From Bdellovibrionota bacterium (GTDB lineage: Bacteria > Bdellovibrionota_G > JALEGL01 > DATDPG01): a DNA stretch of 64,000 bases. The stretch covers positions 1,153,317 to 1,217,316 of the forward strand of contig OY764265.1 of the NCBI GenBank assembly GCA_963668355.1, written 5' to 3'. The notes beneath the pieces are model-generated. The model saw only the letters and a program-made list of their open reading frames with translations, was not told the DNA's origin and did not search any database. The position numbers and the translations under genes were made by a program. The first letter of the stretch is position 1. Every line of letters begins with the position of its first letter. Shown here one piece after another: positions 60,777 through 64,000 of this stretch.

Positions 60777-62534
60777 ATGATGAACGTATTATTTCAATGT
60801 TTGGGAATTACTGGATTAATCATGCTGCTCTATGGCCTTTTGGCCTTTGCAGTGACTCCCGTTGCTTCCGTTTTCTTTTGGGTTTTGGTGATTTTGGGAA
60901 CGCTCTTGATCTTAACCTTTGTCATCAAGTCTTTGTCTCGGCGTTGGCAGTTGGTCACGGCGTCCTTTGTGGGCCTAAATGGCATTTGGATTTTTCTTTC
61001 TTTTGGAGAGAAGTTGGGCTTCTGGGATGAGTTAGACTGGCGCTATCTTTTAATTGGGGCGTTTGTTCTCAATGTCATTTTTGTGGTTGCGGCCAGAAAG
61101 TTTTTGAAAGACCTGTTTGAAAAACGAGCCGTTCAACATGGTGCCAATGCCATTGTGTATTCCTTGATCTTTTTGGCCACTCTGGTGGTTTTAAATATTT
61201 TTGCCGTCGACGTGAATCGCAAATGGGATTTTACCGAAAGCTCCATCAATACGCTGAGCCAGCAATCTGTTGACCTTCTCAATCGTCTGGATGCTCCTTT
61301 GAACATCTATGTATTCGTAGATGATCAATATCCGGACAAACCACGCCTGAAAAAATTGCTCGGAATGTATGAATTTGAATCCGATAAAGTGAACGTTGAG
61401 TTTTTGGACCCGGATCGAGAACGTCATCTGGCCGAAAAATACAAGGTGCAGAATGGCCAACTCGTTGTGGAGTATAAAAATCAGTCGCACATCACCCAAG
61501 GAACCAACGAAGAAGGGATTACGCAGGCCATTTTGAAAGTGGCTGACAAAAGAGATGCGACGATCTGCTTCGTTCAGGGTCACGGAGAGTTGGGCATCGA
61601 TAGCGAAAATGATGATCCACGAAGCCTCTCCGCCGTCAACGGAGGTCTTGAAAACGAGGGATATACCACCAAAGTCGTCAACAATATTACGGGGGGTATT
61701 CCTCAAGATTGTTCGATTCTGACGATTGCCGGCCCCACCCAAATGTATACGCCGGATGAAGTGAAGTCGGTGGAGAACTTTTTGGCCGGGGGAGGAAAGG
61801 CCATGATCCTTTTGGATCCAAACATCCCCAATCCAAAATTGAATCCAAAAACCTTCCATATTTTGCCGACGGGATTGGAACAAACGCTCAAGAAATGGGG
61901 CGTGTTGGTTGGGCAAAACTTCATTCTGGAAAAACATTTGGAGCTTTTGCGTGGAATGACGGTGGGTCTGACCGTTATGGCACGGAACTATGGAAATCAC
62001 CCCATTGTCGATCCTTTAAAAGGACGACAAACGGTGTTCCAAAATGTTCAATCCATCCAAAAGAACAAAGATTTTTCCGGAACCGCGCTTGAAATCATTT
62101 CAAGTGCAAAGGGAGATTTGAGCTGGGCGGAACAAAACATTGACCGTCTTTTAAAAGAAGGCGCGGCAGAACCGAATGCTGGAGAGCTGAAAGGGCCTGT
62201 GCCGTTTGCTGTTGCGGTTGAAAAGGATATGAAAGGGAAAGATGAATTGGATGAAAGGCAAACGCGCATTCTCGTCATCGGCGATGCGGATTTCGCCTCC
62301 AATGGAATGGTGACCTCTTATGAGTTCAATTTTGACCTTTTCTTAAATGGTTACAATTGGCTTTCCGGACAGAAAGAAAGCATCACCATTCGTCCAAAGC
62401 GTCTTCGGGCTTCAGCCATCGAACTAACTCCGGAACAATCTCTTCGGATTTTTCACATTGCGATTGTTGGCATCCCCATGCTGGTTCTCATCTTTGGCAT
62501 GAACCTTTGGTGGTGGCGCAGACGAAAGGGGTAG
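60777..62534 (+). CDS. GldG-like ABC-transport auxiliary protein
   Basis: 585 aa with N- and C-terminal membrane anchors and large extracytoplasmic domain; gene order ATPase-permease-GldG. Confidence 0.7.
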   Translation: MMNVLFQCLGITGLIMLLYGLLAFAVTPVASVFFWVLVILGTLLILTFVIKSLSRRWQLVTASFVGLNGIWIFLSFGEKLGFWDELDWRYLLIGAFVLNVIFVVAARKFLKDLFEKRAVQHGANAIVYSLIFLATLVVLNIFAVDVNRKWDFTESSINTLSQQSVDLLNRLDAPLNIYVFVDDQYPDKPRLKKLLGMYEFESDKVNVEFLDPDRERHLAEKYKVQNGQLVVEYKNQSHITQGTNEEGITQAILKVADKRDATICFVQGHGELGIDSENDDPRSLSAVNGGLENEGYTTKVVNNITGGIPQDCSILTIAGPTQMYTPDEVKSVENFLAGGGKAMILLDPNIPNPKLNPKTFHILPTGLEQTLKKWGVLVGQNFILEKHLELLRGMTVGLTVMARNYGNHPIVDPLKGRQTVFQNVQSIQKNKDFSGTALEIISSAKGDLSWAEQNIDRLLKEGAAEPNAGELKGPVPFAVAVEKDMKGKDELDERQTRILVIGDADFASNGMVTSYEFNFDLFLNGYNWLSGQKESITIRPKRLRASAIELTPEQSLRIFHIAIVGIPMLVLIFGMNLWWWRRRKG

Positions 62535-62536
62535 TC

Positions 62537-64000
62537 ATGGGAAAAGAGTGGATTCGTGTCGGCGTAGCCTTTCTAATCTTGGTGGGTGTGACGCTTTTTG
62601 TGTCCAACCACAAGAAAAAGAAATTTGAAAAACTGGAACAAGAGGATGCCAAAGCCAAAATCGTTCAATTGGAATCCAAAAGCATTCATCGTGTGGATGT
62701 TGTCACAAAGGATGAAACGGTGGTTTTGCTTCGGCGTGAGAAAAAGGATGACACCTTTTTGGATCGGTGGGCCCCTCTGTCGGAAGAGTTTTTGAACGTT
62801 TCAAACTGGTGGATCAAATCGCCCAAAGAGGCTTTGGCGGACCGAACCGGAATTGAAACACTGCTTTCACATCTGGATCACTTAGAAAGCAAGAAGGTGA
62901 TTGATGAGAAGGGGGAGCGTTTAAAGGAATACGACCTGGACCAGCCCCCGGTGATTCTCCGTTTGTATACGCAGACGAAAGGGAAACCAGATGAGACTCT
63001 CCTCGTTGGAGCGAAGAACGCCTCGGGGACAGGGCTTTATCTGAAAACAAGCACCTCCCCTCGAATTGTTTTGGCAGGGATGGAACTCAATTATCTCAAA
63101 GAGCGGACGCTCTATGATTGGCGCATGAAGGAAATTTTCGGCTTTAAGAATAAGTACGATGTTCAGTCTCTGAAATTAACGACAGGACCTCGGGTGGCGG
63201 GGGCATCTTTCTTTGCGACCCAAAAAGACCGGCACTGGTTTTTGGAAAAGCCGAAAAGACTTCCGGGGGATGATGCCGTGTTGGATCAATTGGTGGCGGT
63301 TGTCAAAGATCTGCGTGTGAAGGAGTTTGTCAGCGAGAACGCCAAGGCCGATTTAAAAAAGTATGGATTTGATCATCCCATGATTCAAATGGACATCGAT
63401 CTTAAACGAGATCAAGAAGCCGCCGTTCGCACGTTCCTGTTTACCGAATCCAAGAATCACCCGGATTTATTGGTGCAGCGTGTGGGTTTTCCTCAAATTT
63501 ACGCCATTGAAAAAAGCGAAAAAGATAAGTTGTTGAAGGTTTTTTCAGATTTGGTGAGTAAACGACCGTATAAAATTTCGGCCTCTGACGTCACGAAAAT
63601 TTCGGTGACCACCGCCCAGGAGAATATGGAATTTGAGAAAGAAGAGGGTGTTTGGAAATTGGTTAAGCCGACTTTGGACTTGGCCAATAATGAGGAAGTA
63701 AAAAGGCTTCTTCAAAAAGTCGTGGCGTTCAAAGCTACGGCGTATGAACCGAAAGCGCCCCCAAAGAGTAAAAAACTCTATTTGGATGTTCTCCTGACAA
63801 CGGACAAGGAAACTCATCGGGCCGTCTTTACAGAGTCTGCCAAAAAGACCGATTTATGGCTCTACGCTGAAAATCCCCAGAGAGCCTATCGCATTGCCAA
63901 GAGTGCTGTGGCGTCGGTTTCCTCCATACTCAAGGCTGCCAGGGAACATCGAATGGTTCCGATGGATCTGGAACATATTTCTTCCTTTCAAATGAAAGAT
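62537..64000 (+). CDS. Hypothetical membrane-anchored protein, 3' end beyond window (DUF4340-like position after GldG)
   Basis: ATG at 62537 gives MGKEWIRVGVAFLILVGVTLFV...; frame 2 stays open to position 64000, so it is absent from the closed-ORF track. Confidence 0.6.
   Translation, partial: MGKEWIRVGVAFLILVGVTLFVSNHKKKKFEKLEQEDAKAKIVQLESKSIHRVDVVTKDETVVLLRREKKDDTFLDRWAPLSEEFLNVSNWWIKSPKEALADRTGIETLLSHLDHLESKKVIDEKGERLKEYDLDQPPVILRLYTQTKGKPDETLLVGAKNASGTGLYLKTSTSPRIVLAGMELNYLKERTLYDWRMKEIFGFKNKYDVQSLKLTTGPRVAGASFFATQKDRHWFLEKPKRLPGDDAVLDQLVAVVKDLRVKEFVSENAKADLKKYGFDHPMIQMDIDLKRDQEAAVRTFLFTESKNHPDLLVQRVGFPQIYAIEKSEKDKLLKVFSDLVSKRPYKISASDVTKISVTTAQENMEFEKEEGVWKLVKPTLDLANNEEVKRLLQKVVAFKATAYEPKAPPKSKKLYLDVLLTTDKETHRAVFTESAKKTDLWLYAENPQRAYRIAKSAVASVSSILKAAREHRMVPMDLEHISSFQMKD

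Noticed and set aside
61191-62000. 269-aa minus-strand ORF within the GldG-like gene
   Set aside because: Antisense to a long, operon-embedded plus-strand gene; no independent support

Overview
Origin-proximal chromosomal window from a Gram-negative bacterium (gene content is deltaproteobacteria/Bdellovibrio-like, low confidence), densely coding, with no rRNA, tRNA, CRISPR array, integrase or transposase recognised. Positions 1-26560 are core housekeeping genes: dnaA (3' part), a DnaA-box/AT-rich candidate oriC, dnaN, recF, gyrB, gyrA, a TPR lipoprotein, hemL, a partial F0 ATP-synthase set (atpZ-like, atpI, atpB, atpE), dnaJ, a Ser/Thr kinase, PBP1A, a radical-SAM protein, tatA, tatC, and a propionyl-CoA carboxylase / methylmalonyl-CoA mutase cluster. 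Positions 26600-64000 look accessory: tandem secreted Cys-rich paralogs, three large exported proteins with no recognisable domains, a Fe3+/polyamine-type ABC importer, a 2083-aa exported megaprotein carrying HAD-like, SPS-like GT4 and P-loop kinase-like modules, its convergent GT4-kinase paralog, a Na+/solute symporter, and a gliding-type ABC system. The strongest candidate for a novel system is the three-gene minus-strand operon at 53614-59127: a membrane Fe-S protein, a 27-heme cytochrome c and a beta-barrel outer-membrane protein, which reads as a trans-envelope electron conduit. All calls rest on reading the supplied ORF translations and DNA by eye; no database search was run.
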